DNA of 64,000 bases from Acidobacteriota bacterium (GTDB lineage: Bacteria > Acidobacteriota > UBA6911 > RPQK01 > JAJDTT01), in the NCBI GenBank assembly GCA_965217775.1, contig CBDCJH010000002.1:1216001-1280000 (forward strand). Direction: 5' to 3'. Made by a program: the position numbers and the translations under genes. Under the pieces are notes generated by a model. That model did no database searches. It had not been told where the DNA came from and saw nothing but the letters and a program-made list of their open reading frames with translations. Below, in pieces: positions 38,879 through 49,005 of the stretch; position 1 is the first letter of the stretch; each line of letters begins with the position of its first letter.

Positions 38879-41164
38879 GTGAAGCCGGGTAGGTCGAGTC
38901 GACCCTTACAGCGGAGACTCAAGGCTGCCGTTAATTTCCCCCTGCTAGCGGGGGCCCTATTCAGCTTGAATTGGATCGCGTGTACGCAATCGGACCCGCC
39001 CCCGCCCCCTTCGCCGGCTCTAGATTCCAGCTCTGAAGAAACCGTGGAAACCCAGGTGCCCGAGCCTCCGGGCAGCTTGACCTTTACCCGGGACATCGCG
39101 CCCATCGTCTTCCCGAATTGTTCCCCATGTCATCGCCCGGGCGGAGCGGGTCCGTTCGATCTGCTCAGCTACGACGACGTCAAAACGCGGGGCCGGTTGA
39201 TGGTCGCGGTCACAGAGAGTCGTTTCATGCCTCCCTGGCAGCCCGAACCCGGTTTCGGCGAATTCAGCGGCGAACGCCGGCTCAGCGATGATCAGATCGA
39301 AGTGCTTGAGAAGTGGGTGGCGCAAGGATCGGTCGAAGGAGATCCGGCCGACCTGCCCAGTGTCCCGAAGTGGCCGACGGGATGGCTGCTGGGGCCGCCG
39401 GATCTGATTGTGACCATGCCCCGGCCGTACACGCTGGCCGCCGAGGCCAGCGCGGCGGGGAAGGACGTGTTTCGTACCTTCGTGCTGCCGGTTCCACTGG
39501 AATCCATGCGTTACGTTCGCGCATTGGAGTTGAGACCCGGAAATCCCAAGATCGTGCATCACATCGTGGGAGGCGTCGACCCCACGCCTCGCTCCCGGCA
39601 ACGCGACCGACAAGACGACATGCCCGGATTCGATGGGATGAGATCCACTCAGACGGCTCGTCCTCCCGGGGGCCATATCCTGGTCTGGACGCCCGGAAAG
39701 GTCCCCACGGAGAACCCTGAGGGCTTGGCTTGGGGACTACGGGAGGGGACCGACCTGGTGTTGGAACTGCACATGCAACCGTCTGGTAAACCGGAACGGG
39801 TTCAGCCCAGCGCCGGTCTTTATTTCAGCGACGAAGCACCCACCAAGATCCCCTTCATCCTGATTCTGGGGTCCGTTGCCATCGATATTCCGGCGGGCAG
39901 CAAGAACCACTGGATTGAAGACAGCTACGTACTGCCGGTGGACGTGCAGGTGATGGGCTTGTATCCGCACGCCCATTTCCTGGGCAAGCAGATGGAGGTC
40001 TCCGCACGCTTTCCCGACGGGAGTCGGCGCTGGCTCCTCCATATCAAGGATTGGGACTTCAACTGGCAGGACGATTACGTCTATGCCGAGCCCGTCGCGC
40101 TCCCGCGCGGCACCCAATTGACCATGCGCTACAGCTACGACAACTCGGCCGGCAACGTTCGCAACCCTCACAATCCCCCCCGGCGCGTGGTCTACGGCCC
40201 CAATTCCTTCGATGAGATGGGTGAGGTGTGGATCCAAATGCTGACCCGCGACCAAAGCGACCGGGAAACGCTGCAGAGCGATTATCGCCGCAAACAACTC
40301 GACTTGGGCATCGCCGGCTTCCGGCATTCATTGGACACGAAACCCCAGGACGCCAACACCCATCTGCAGTTGGGTCAGGCGCTCTACGCTCAGGGAAAGA
40401 TCGGGGAGGCCATCGAGCACTATCGCCAGTCGCTGGACTTGCATCCTTCCAGCGCCGAGACGCATGCCTACCTGGCCAATGCCCTGATGCAACAGGACGA
40501 CCCGGAGGGAGCGGTTCGCCACTATTCTCTGGCATTGGAGATCAAACCGGATTTTGTCGAAGCTCGCTTGCATGCTGCCAACTCGCTGATGGGGCTCGGA
40601 AAACACGCACCAGCGGAAGGGCACTATGCGCGAGTCGTCGCATTGAACGGCGGACACGCCTTCGCCCGCTTCATGCAGGCCATGGCACTGATCCGGCTGG
40701 GCCGCTACCAGTCCGCCCGGTCCCGGTTGGAAGAGAGCCGCCGGGCGCTGCCTGAAGATATCGATATCACTCACGCCCTGGCCCGGCTCTTGGCAGCGGC
40801 TCCCGACAGCAGCGTCCGCAACGGACCGCTGGCGCTGCAGCTCTTGCAGAAGGTGTTCCAAGCCCAGAAGGAAATCTCCTTCGAACACGTGGAAACGCTG
40901 GCGATGGCCTTTGCGGAAACGGGGCAATTCCAGCGAGCGGTCCAGATGCAGCAGGCCATGATCGAGGACGTCAGCCGAGGTGGGCGTAGGGATCTTGCCG
41001 AATTGCTACGAGAGAACCTGGGGCGGTATCGCCGGGGACAGCCCTGCCGGAGCCCCTGGAGGGCGGACGATCCGGTCTTTTCACCGCGTCCAGGCGAATG
41101 GACTCCGCTGGAGTCTCCCGCCGGTGCGAGCCGGGGGCAGATCCCGACCCCAGCGGGTCGTTAG
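38879..41164 (+). CDS. Predicted lipoprotein: c-type cytochrome + copper type II (PHM/DBH-like) monooxygenase + TPR, copy 1
   Basis: Lipobox-like WIAC; CSPCH (39119-39133) and MPPW; VHH (His at 39557-39562), ELHM, HAH (39968-39976), DEM (Met at 40217); WDFNWQ; TPRs and the shared C-terminal module. GTG start chosen by similarity to the paralog start at 45032. Confidence 0.82.
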   Translation: MKPGRSSRPLQRRLKAAVNFPLLAGALFSLNWIACTQSDPPPPPSPALDSSSEETVETQVPEPPGSLTFTRDIAPIVFPNCSPCHRPGGAGPFDLLSYDDVKTRGRLMVAVTESRFMPPWQPEPGFGEFSGERRLSDDQIEVLEKWVAQGSVEGDPADLPSVPKWPTGWLLGPPDLIVTMPRPYTLAAEASAAGKDVFRTFVLPVPLESMRYVRALELRPGNPKIVHHIVGGVDPTPRSRQRDRQDDMPGFDGMRSTQTARPPGGHILVWTPGKVPTENPEGLAWGLREGTDLVLELHMQPSGKPERVQPSAGLYFSDEAPTKIPFILILGSVAIDIPAGSKNHWIEDSYVLPVDVQVMGLYPHAHFLGKQMEVSARFPDGSRRWLLHIKDWDFNWQDDYVYAEPVALPRGTQLTMRYSYDNSAGNVRNPHNPPRRVVYGPNSFDEMGEVWIQMLTRDQSDRETLQSDYRRKQLDLGIAGFRHSLDTKPQDANTHLQLGQALYAQGKIGEAIEHYRQSLDLHPSSAETHAYLANALMQQDDPEGAVRHYSLALEIKPDFVEARLHAANSLMGLGKHAPAEGHYARVVALNGGHAFARFMQAMALIRLGRYQSARSRLEESRRALPEDIDITHALARLLAAAPDSSVRNGPLALQLLQKVFQAQKEISFEHVETLAMAFAETGQFQRAVQMQQAMIEDVSRGGRRDLAELLRENLGRYRRGQPCRSPWRADDPVFSPRPGEWTPLESPAGASRGQIPTPAGR

Positions 41165-41268
41165 CACTGATAGTGCTGTCGGGCCACGCTGCAGCCTGTA
41201 TCGATGGTTTGGGAGAGGGGCAAGCCCGGTATGGGAGGAGGAGGCGTGCAACCTCCGACTCCCGGAAA

Positions 41269-41292
41269 AGGGGGACAAGAATGTCCCCCCTC
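41269..41292. repeat. REP-like palindrome / possible bidirectional terminator between convergent genes
   Basis: AGGGGGACAAGAATGTCCCCCCT hairpin next to the TonB receptor stop codon. Confidence 0.45.
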
Positions 41293-41294
41293 CT

Positions 41295-44200
41295 TTACCA
41301 AGCGATCCTTAGCCGGAACTGAATAATTCGGGCGAGGGCCGTGTTTCTATATCGTCCGAAGGCGCTTGGATTCGCGAGGGAATAACTCGGCGAATAGAAC
41401 TGCGCGCGGTTGAAGATATTGAAGATCTCCGTCCCAAACTCCAGGCGCACGCCCTCCGTGACCTGGAAGTCCTTCAGAATCGACAGGTTTTCGGTCGAAT
41501 ATCCGAACCTGCGAACATCCGGCAACTGGTTGGTATCGGCAAAGCCGATCACCCGGTTCTCAGGTGCAAATGCTGCCACGTTGAGCGTATTTTTCTGTGA
41601 ACCGTTGGGATCATACGCCCCATGGCTGACCCCGCCTCCTACGGATGAACCCGTGCGATTGACACGACCCAAGTTGATGGGATCGCCCGACATGTAGTTG
41701 TGCCAACCCATGACCCGCCATCTCCCGATGAGATGATTGAGCACGGTGGAGGCGTCGGCACCCCATCGCTGCCCCCGGCCGAGGGGCAACTGCCAGGTCC
41801 AGGTCAAGGCCAAATTGTGGGCGCGGTCAAAGGGCACCAGGAAACGGACTCCGCTGCCTCCGTACCCCTCATGCGACACACCGGGCGCGCCGAATACACC
41901 ATAACCGTTGCCAGTGGCGATGTTCTTGGAGAGCGTATAGGCCAGCAGAAAACTGAGTCCGCCTCCAAAACGCTTCTGGGCACTGATGTTAGCGGCGTGA
42001 TACGAGGTAATTCCGCCGTGGGCGCCTCTCAGATTGACCCCCGTGTATTGGGGATACGGACGCGAAGCCTGCCGGACACTTCCAGTGAACCCCGCGTAGG
42101 GTACTTGGACTCCGGTCGCCATTCCCGCGGGGGACGATATTGGTTGATCGATGACCGGTCCCAGTCTGAAGATCCCCGGGGGCACCTCGTTGCGTTCCCA
42201 GTTCAGGCGGTAATGCCGGCCCAGTTTGCCGACGTAGTCCCCCTTGAGGAGGAGATTCCACCCGACCTCCCTTTCGAGGCCGAAGCCAAAGTTGTAGCTG
42301 GTGGTCCACTTATTGTCCTGGGGATGAATCCAGTGCACGGCGGTCCCGTTGGCCAGGGTCGGATCGAGGTTGGGAAGACTGCTGACAATCTGGAGTCCTT
42401 CGGCCGGAAACCCGTCGTTCCAGTTGAAGGCCGGGGTCACCCCGCCGTCAATTGAACTGTACGCCGGCTCGGCAGCCCAGCCCAGAGCCGCAACATTCCC
42501 ACCGCCCTGCAACTCGGCGCCCGGATTCGCGTAGGTGATTCCACTGTATGCTCGCAGCACAGTTTTGTCATCCAAGGCGTAGGCCAAGCCTATACGGGGT
42601 GACCAAGCGCCCCAATCCCGATCGTAGGCCCTGGTTCGACCGTTTCGCCCCGGTCCCTCGCCGTTGAAAGTCAAGGCGCCCAAACGTCCGTCCGCCCCAG
42701 CATTGGGAATGTCGGGACTGAAGTAGCCCATCCGATGATAGGTTTCGCCGAAGGGGGTCCACCAGTTGTATCGAAGCCCGTAGTTGACGGTCAGTTGGCG
42801 GGTGGCGCGCCACGTATCCTGCAAATAGATGGCATAGACGCGATTGTTCACTCTTTTGTTATCAGACGGCCTCATGAAGGCGGTGTTCACTTCCCCCAGC
42901 AGGTAGCTGGCCCAGCCACGGCCTGTCAGCGCGATATCGGGGAACGCGGAGACGTTGCCGTCTGCGCCCATCTGATTGCCGCCGGCCAGTCCCGTCGTGA
43001 TGTCGCTGAAGGTGAAATTGCCGTTGGTGAAAATCTGGACGTTCCGTCCCACGGCGGCGTATCTGCCCTGGATTCCGAACTTGTAGTTGTGGCTCCCTTT
43101 GACCCAGGTCAGATCCGTATAAACCGGGTACGTGAACTCGGGCATGAAGAGATTCAGGAAGAGGAATCCAAACCCGGAGGCGCCCTGGATGTTGGTAAAA
43201 GGAGTATCGGGTGTCACCAAGCCGGTAAGCCCCGAATCCCGGCCGTGCGTGTTGCCCGGCTTGCCGATCTCCCGGGGGACTCCCTGGCCGGCAAAGCGCA
43301 CACTCAAAAGCAGATTGGGCCGCAGGGTGAAGTAATTCGAGAACCGAAAGCGGTACTGTTTGCCCAGCGTCAGGTGGGTCGTGTTGATCAACTGGTCATA
43401 GCCGGCGTTCCCGGGCCAGACGACATCCTTCCTGTGCCAGTCCATCCCAAAGGACAGCTTATAGCTATCGGTAATCTTGTGGTCCGTCTTCAAGGTCAGC
43501 TTGTCGATGTCCTGCTCGCCCTTGTCCAGCGGACCGATATGGTTGTCCACCGTGCCCGGCTGGTTGGGCATTGGGATACTGTCCTGAAAAGCGGTCGAAA
43601 TGGAGCTGAGGCGGTTGCTAGGAATGACGTTGCCTGGAAATGGATCGCGGATGAAACCTCCATGTCCGTCCGGCCGAGTGGAGGCCGGATCATAGATCTG
43701 CCCCTGCATAATCGGTCTCCCCAGGACGTCGGTCCCAATTTGCGCTCCCAGGAACTCGCTGAAATCCCCGCCTCGCATCAACGACGTGGCGACGGTCGAG
43801 GTCTGGCCACCGGCGGTCCTGCGTTCGCGGTACCCGGTATAGCTGACCAGGAAAAAGTGCTTGTCCTTGATGATCCGCCCGCCCACAACAGCTCCAAACT
43901 CGTTCTGCCGGTGGGGGTTGACATCTGTGGCGAACCATTGCCGGGCGTCCAGAACGTCGTTTCGAAAGTACTCGAAAAGGCTGCCGTGGAACTCGTTGGT
44001 TCCCGACTTCATGACCATTTCCACACTCGATCCCATATTCCAGCCGTGCTCGGCGTTGACGTTGGCCACCGTCCGAAACTCGCTGATGACTTCGGGAATC
44101 AGCCCCGAGTCCTCTCTCATGCCGAAGTTGTTGGCGGGACTGGAGTAGATCCCGTCGATATTGGTGCTCATGACTCCCACCACGCCGTGGACGTAGCCCC

Positions 44201-44747
44201 GGTCGGTGGTGTCGGTTTCCTTGCCGTAGGGATCGTAAGAGAAACCGGGCAACGTCCGAGTGTAGGACAGACTGTGCCGGGCCCCCTGGTTGACTGCCAT
44301 CGGCAGTTCCTCGATCTCCTCGACAACCCTGGTGAGGCCTGAGCTGGAGGACTGGTTGTCGACAGCCAGGGCTTGGCTTTCCACCGTCACGGTGTCGACC
44401 ACTTCTCCAATGGGCATGGTGATGTCGAGCGTCACTGCCAGTCCGGACACGACGCGCACGCCCACTTGTTCAACCGTCTTGAAACCAGGGAGACTTGCGC
44501 TGATCGTATAGGAGCCGATCGGCAGGGCTGGAAAAGAGTAGTCTCCCGCCTCGCTGCTGACGGTAGCGGTCTCGAGGCCAGTCGCTTCATCGCGGGCCGT
44601 CACGTCGACGCCCGGAATCCGCGCCCCCGTCTCGTCGACGACGGCCCCCGCAATCCTGCCCAGATTGTCCTGGGCCGATACCGGGAGGGATACCAGAAGC
44701 AGAATCAGCGGTAGGATGATCCTGACGGAAGATAGAAAAGACTGCAT
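41295..44747 (-). CDS. TonB-dependent receptor, Oar-like with N-terminal carboxypeptidase-regulatory-like domain
   Basis: Signal peptide; G.V.D.TGA.IPG..V, KSGTNEFHGSLFEYFRN..LDAR, NEFG..VGG, YLQDTWR....LT.NYGLRY, terminal ARIIQFRLRIAW beta-signal. AAGGAGG SD before MQSF. Confidence 0.92.
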   Translation of the reverse strand: MQSFLSSVRIILPLILLLVSLPVSAQDNLGRIAGAVVDETGARIPGVDVTARDEATGLETATVSSEAGDYSFPALPIGSYTISASLPGFKTVEQVGVRVVSGLAVTLDITMPIGEVVDTVTVESQALAVDNQSSSSGLTRVVEEIEELPMAVNQGARHSLSYTRTLPGFSYDPYGKETDTTDRGYVHGVVGVMSTNIDGIYSSPANNFGMREDSGLIPEVISEFRTVANVNAEHGWNMGSSVEMVMKSGTNEFHGSLFEYFRNDVLDARQWFATDVNPHRQNEFGAVVGGRIIKDKHFFLVSYTGYRERRTAGGQTSTVATSLMRGGDFSEFLGAQIGTDVLGRPIMQGQIYDPASTRPDGHGGFIRDPFPGNVIPSNRLSSISTAFQDSIPMPNQPGTVDNHIGPLDKGEQDIDKLTLKTDHKITDSYKLSFGMDWHRKDVVWPGNAGYDQLINTTHLTLGKQYRFRFSNYFTLRPNLLLSVRFAGQGVPREIGKPGNTHGRDSGLTGLVTPDTPFTNIQGASGFGFLFLNLFMPEFTYPVYTDLTWVKGSHNYKFGIQGRYAAVGRNVQIFTNGNFTFSDITTGLAGGNQMGADGNVSAFPDIALTGRGWASYLLGEVNTAFMRPSDNKRVNNRVYAIYLQDTWRATRQLTVNYGLRYNWWTPFGETYHRMGYFSPDIPNAGADGRLGALTFNGEGPGRNGRTRAYDRDWGAWSPRIGLAYALDDKTVLRAYSGITYANPGAELQGGGNVAALGWAAEPAYSSIDGGVTPAFNWNDGFPAEGLQIVSSLPNLDPTLANGTAVHWIHPQDNKWTTSYNFGFGLEREVGWNLLLKGDYVGKLGRHYRLNWERNEVPPGIFRLGPVIDQPISSPAGMATGVQVPYAGFTGSVRQASRPYPQYTGVNLRGAHGGITSYHAANISAQKRFGGGLSFLLAYTLSKNIATGNGYGVFGAPGVSHEGYGGSGVRFLVPFDRAHNLALTWTWQLPLGRGQRWGADASTVLNHLIGRWRVMGWHNYMSGDPINLGRVNRTGSSVGGGVSHGAYDPNGSQKNTLNVAAFAPENRVIGFADTNQLPDVRRFGYSTENLSILKDFQVTEGVRLEFGTEIFNIFNRAQFYSPSYSLANPSAFGRYRNTALARIIQFRLRIAW

Positions 44748-44813
44748 TGCAACGTCCTCCTTAGGGACGGAATGTGACTGGGCGGAAAGAGGCTTCCTCA
44801 AGTTGAAGCGGAA

Positions 44814-44841
44814 GCTATACGATTCCGTCAGCAAAAGTCAA
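44814..44841 (-). promoter_or_regulatory. Possible sigma70 promoter of the TonB-dependent receptor
   Basis: On the minus strand: TTGACT, 16-nt spacer, TATAGC. Confidence 0.3.
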
Positions 44842-45031
44842 GCAAACAACTCCTCCGGACTTTCGCAATTTTTTGGAGATTCACGAGAACAGGTGAAGCG
44901 GATTCGCTCGCGTATCGGGACGAGGCGGCCCATTACCGGGGGGACGACCAAACAGGAAACTGCCGGATCCCGGCCGCAATCACGTAGAATCGGGAATCAG
45001 GCATCTCAGTAACCTGCTCGGGGGTAAAACG

Positions 45032-47062
45032 GTGAAGCTGTACAGGCCGGATCGACCCTTTCGGAAGAGACCCAAAGCAGTCGTTGTCTTTCCGCTCTTG
45101 ATGGGGGCATGGCTATGCTCGACTTGGATGGGATGCATACAATCCGACTCTCCCGCGACAGCCCCGCCACCTCCGGATTCAAAGCTTGAAGCAGTACTGG
45201 AAACCTATGTGCCCCGGCCGGCCGGCAGCTTGACCTTCAACCGGGAGATCGCTCCCCTGGTGTTCGAGAGCTGCGCACCCTGTCACCGCCCGGGGGGCGC
45301 AGGGCCATTCAACTTGCTCGGCTACGCAGACGTCAGCCGCCGGGCCAACCAGATCGTGACCGTCACGCAGAGTCGTTACATGCCTCCGTGGCAACCCGAG
45401 CCGGGCTACGGGGAGTTCATCGGGGAGCGCCGACTGAATGTGGACCAGATCGGCATGCTGGCGCAGTGGGTGGCTGAGGGGGCGATCGAAGGGAATCCGG
45501 CAGACTTGCCCAAGGTGCCGGAATGGCCGACTGGCTGGCACTTGGGGCAACCGGATCTGGTCCTCACCATGCCGCGGCCTTATACGCTTGCGGCCGATGG
45601 ACCGGACGTCTTCCGGATGTTCATCATACCGGTTCCTCTGGCGTCGAACCGCTTTGTACGAGCCTTGGAATTACGGCCCGAAAACCCAAGGGTCGTCCAC
45701 CATGCGGTAGGACTGGTCGACACGACCCTTCGCAGCCGGCAATTGGATGAAGAAGATCCCATTCCGGGTTTCGAAGGCATGAGGTCCACGGAGTTCGCTC
45801 GCGCCCCCGATGGCCGTTTCCTGGGTTGGACACCAGGCAAGGTTCCAACAGAGAGTGCCGAAGGGAGGACGTGGCGGTTGAAAAGAGGGGCCGACCTGGT
45901 GCTGGAACTGCACATGATGCCCTCCGGCAAACCGGAACTGATTCAGCCCAGCGTGGGGCTGTATTTCAGTGACGAGGCCCCGGCCAGGACCTCCTTCATC
46001 GTCGGACTGGGCTCCCAGACCATCGACGTTCCCCCGGGAGAGAAGGAATACTGGATCGAGGACAGTTATGACCTGCCGGTGGCGGTGCAGGTTCTGGGCG
46101 TTTACCCGCATGCCCACTACCTGGGGAAGCAGATGCGCGCTTTTGCACAGCTTCCCGACGGCAGCCGGCACTGGCTCGTTCATATCAAGGAGTGGGACTT
46201 CAATTGGCAGGACGAATACGTCTACCGTGAGCCGATCTCTCTCCCCCGCGGAACCCGGCTGACCATGCAATACAGTTACGATAACTCGGTCGGCAACCTG
46301 CGAAATCCCCAAAACCCGCCTCAGCGGGTGGTTTACGGCCCCAATTCCAGCGATGAGATGGGTGACCTGTGGCTCCAGGTATTGACGCAAAACAGGAACG
46401 ACTTGCTGACCCTGCAAGCCGACTACCGGGTCAAAGATCGAGACAGGTTCATTGCCGGCTACCGGCATGCCTTGAAGATCAAGCCGGAGGATGCCCAAAC
46501 GCACGACCACTTGGGCCAAGTGCTGCAGGCGCAGGGAATGGTTGAGGATGCCATCCGCCACTATCGCCAAGCGCTGGAAATCCGTCCCGTTTACGCGGAA
46601 ACCCACAGCAATCTGGCGACCGCCCTGATACAGCAGGGTCATACCGAGGAGGCGATTGACCACTATGGCCGGGCCCTTAAAATCAAACCGGACCTGCTTG
46701 AAGCCCACTACAATCTGGGCGGAGCCCTGTTGTCCATCGGACGCACCAGCCAAGCCATTGCCTCCTTGCGGCGAGCTATCCAAATCGAGCCCGAGTTTGC
46801 CAGGGCACACAACAACCTGGGCATCGCCTTCGCTCAGCAGGAAGACTTGGCCCGGGCCCTATACCATTTTGAGCGGGCGGTGAGGATCGATTCGGACTTT
46901 GCAGAGGCCCGCAACAATCTTGGCAATGCACTTCTCTCCTCGGGGGATTTCAGCCGGGCCGTTTCTGAATATCGGCGCGCCCTGGAGATCGACCCCAGCT
47001 ACGCCGATGCCGAGCGCAACCTGAAGCTGGCACAGGAACTGCTGCTGACTTCCCCCCAATGA
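45032..47062 (+). CDS. Predicted lipoprotein: c-type cytochrome + copper type II (PHM/DBH-like) monooxygenase + TPR, copy 2
   Basis: Lipobox-like WMGC; CAPCH (45272-45286), MPPW, VHH, ELHM, YPHAHYLG, SDEMGDL; five to six canonical TPRs. Confidence 0.82.
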   Translation: MKLYRPDRPFRKRPKAVVVFPLLMGAWLCSTWMGCIQSDSPATAPPPPDSKLEAVLETYVPRPAGSLTFNREIAPLVFESCAPCHRPGGAGPFNLLGYADVSRRANQIVTVTQSRYMPPWQPEPGYGEFIGERRLNVDQIGMLAQWVAEGAIEGNPADLPKVPEWPTGWHLGQPDLVLTMPRPYTLAADGPDVFRMFIIPVPLASNRFVRALELRPENPRVVHHAVGLVDTTLRSRQLDEEDPIPGFEGMRSTEFARAPDGRFLGWTPGKVPTESAEGRTWRLKRGADLVLELHMMPSGKPELIQPSVGLYFSDEAPARTSFIVGLGSQTIDVPPGEKEYWIEDSYDLPVAVQVLGVYPHAHYLGKQMRAFAQLPDGSRHWLVHIKEWDFNWQDEYVYREPISLPRGTRLTMQYSYDNSVGNLRNPQNPPQRVVYGPNSSDEMGDLWLQVLTQNRNDLLTLQADYRVKDRDRFIAGYRHALKIKPEDAQTHDHLGQVLQAQGMVEDAIRHYRQALEIRPVYAETHSNLATALIQQGHTEEAIDHYGRALKIKPDLLEAHYNLGGALLSIGRTSQAIASLRRAIQIEPEFARAHNNLGIAFAQQEDLARALYHFERAVRIDSDFAEARNNLGNALLSSGDFSRAVSEYRRALEIDPSYADAERNLKLAQELLLTSPQ

Positions 47063-47120
47063 GGGGTTCGGATATCTGGCTCTCCGTTACCGAATACGTT
47101 CGTAATAGGATGAGAGAAGC

Positions 47121-48935
47121 ATGTGCTCTCAGCGAGGGAGTCCCTGGGGCATCCTGGTCATTTGGGCTCTACTGAACGTCTCTCTGGCCCAGGGTCCACA
47201 GCAGGCCGTCGGTCCGGGGCAGCATGAAGGAGATTCGGCAACCAGTGATATCTTCCTGGATGCGACGCGGGCAGCAGGGATCGATTTCGTCCACTTCAAC
47301 GGCATGTCGGGGGAACGCTATCTCTGCGAAATGATGGGCCCCGGTGGAGCCATGTTCGATTATGACAACGACGGCGATCTCGACCTCTATCTGATTCAGG
47401 GTCAAATGCTCGGACCGGGGAAAACTCTTGCCGATGCGGTCTTCCCCCCGCCCAACTCCGAATTGCTGATCGACAGGCTCTACCGAAACGACCTGCAGAC
47501 GCACAAATCGGGAAGACGCCGTCTGCACTTTACGGACGTGACGGAGGAAGTGGGGATCGAGGCACGGGGCTACGGGATGGGCGTGGCAACGGGAGACTTC
47601 GACAACGATGGCTGGACCGACCTCTACCTGACCAATTTCGGGCCCAACCAGTTGTTTCGAAACAATGGAGATGGAACCTTTACCGATGTGACCGGGGCAA
47701 CCGGCACGGATGACTCTCGCTGGAGTGTCAGCGCGGCTTTCCTGGACTACGACCGGGATGGCTGGCTGGACCTTTACGTGGGCAACTACGTCGACTTCAG
47801 CTTCTCCAATCACAAGCGCTGCTTCTCTTTCGCTGATGCCGGCAGCGGGAGTGCCCTCGAGTACTGTGATCCCAGCCAATACGAACCGTTGCCTGAGAGC
47901 CTGTTCCGCAACCGGGGCGATGGAACCTTCGAAGATGTGTCCCACAAGGCAAGAATTGCCCGGGAATCAAATGGGGCATTGGGCGTGAGTACGGCCGACT
48001 TCAACGGAGATGGCTGGATCGACATCTATGTCGCCAATGACAAGAGGCCAAATCACCTTTGGATCAATCAGACGGATGGCAGTTTTCGGAACCAGGCTCT
48101 GCTGGCCGGTTGCGCAGTAAGTGGGGAGGGTTTTTCCGAGTCCAGCATGGGAGTGGACGCCGGTGACTTTGACAATGACGGAGACGAAGACCTCTTCATG
48201 ACACACATGTCGCTGAACGAGAAGAACACCCTCTATGTCAACCAGGGAGAGGGATCGTTCGAGGATGCCTCCTACCTGAGCGGGCTCGCTCTTCCCAGCA
48301 TTTCTTTCACCGGGTTCGGAACCGCATTTTTCGATTACGACAACGATGGCAGGCTGGACATTATGGCTGCCAATGGACACGTCAAAAGGGTTGAGGGGCT
48401 GGCACGGGCCAAAGACCCTTATCCATTGCACCAAACCAATCAACTGTTCAGGAATATGGGGAAGGGACAGTTTCAAGAAGTGACCCAAGCCGCCGGGGCC
48501 GTGTTCGAGCTGTCCGAAGTGAGTCGCGGAGCGGCATTTGGCGATGTCGACAACGATGGAGACACGGATGTTCTGGTTCTCAACAACAGCGGGCAAGCGC
48601 GGCTGCTGACCAATCAGGTCGGAAGCGGCAACCATTGGATGGGACTGAGGTTGGTCGGCCGGCCTTCGGCACGAGACCTGCTGGGCACCAGAGTGGCTGT
48701 CCTGCTATCCCAGGGCCGAACCTTGTGGCGCCGGGTCCGCTCGGACGGCAGCTATGCCTCCGCCAATGATCCCAGAGTGCTGGTCGGACTGGGTGGAGAC
48801 ACTCAGGTCGAGGCGGTGCGAGCTTACTGGCCCGACGGTCGAGCAGAAGAATGGAAAAAAGTTCCGATCGATACCTACTCGAGACTGCGTCAAGGCAGCG
48901 GGACCCGACTGTCTTTGCCACCGGAGCATCGATAG
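47121..48935 (+). CDS. CRTAC1-family / ASPIC-UnbV beta-propeller protein B (close paralog of A)
   Basis: Signal peptide; HFNGMSGE.Y.CEMMGPGGA.FDYDNDGD shared with A; FG-GAP repeats; GSYASANDPRVLVGLG. Confidence 0.9.
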   Translation: MCSQRGSPWGILVIWALLNVSLAQGPQQAVGPGQHEGDSATSDIFLDATRAAGIDFVHFNGMSGERYLCEMMGPGGAMFDYDNDGDLDLYLIQGQMLGPGKTLADAVFPPPNSELLIDRLYRNDLQTHKSGRRRLHFTDVTEEVGIEARGYGMGVATGDFDNDGWTDLYLTNFGPNQLFRNNGDGTFTDVTGATGTDDSRWSVSAAFLDYDRDGWLDLYVGNYVDFSFSNHKRCFSFADAGSGSALEYCDPSQYEPLPESLFRNRGDGTFEDVSHKARIARESNGALGVSTADFNGDGWIDIYVANDKRPNHLWINQTDGSFRNQALLAGCAVSGEGFSESSMGVDAGDFDNDGDEDLFMTHMSLNEKNTLYVNQGEGSFEDASYLSGLALPSISFTGFGTAFFDYDNDGRLDIMAANGHVKRVEGLARAKDPYPLHQTNQLFRNMGKGQFQEVTQAAGAVFELSEVSRGAAFGDVDNDGDTDVLVLNNSGQARLLTNQVGSGNHWMGLRLVGRPSARDLLGTRVAVLLSQGRTLWRRVRSDGSYASANDPRVLVGLGGDTQVEAVRAYWPDGRAEEWKKVPIDTYSRLRQGSGTRLSLPPEHR

Positions 48936-49005
48936 AGCTCGGTTCGAGCAGACTTGGCTGATCCTGAAACCGCCCCACGCGACCCGATCAAGGGACCAAC
49001 TGAAC

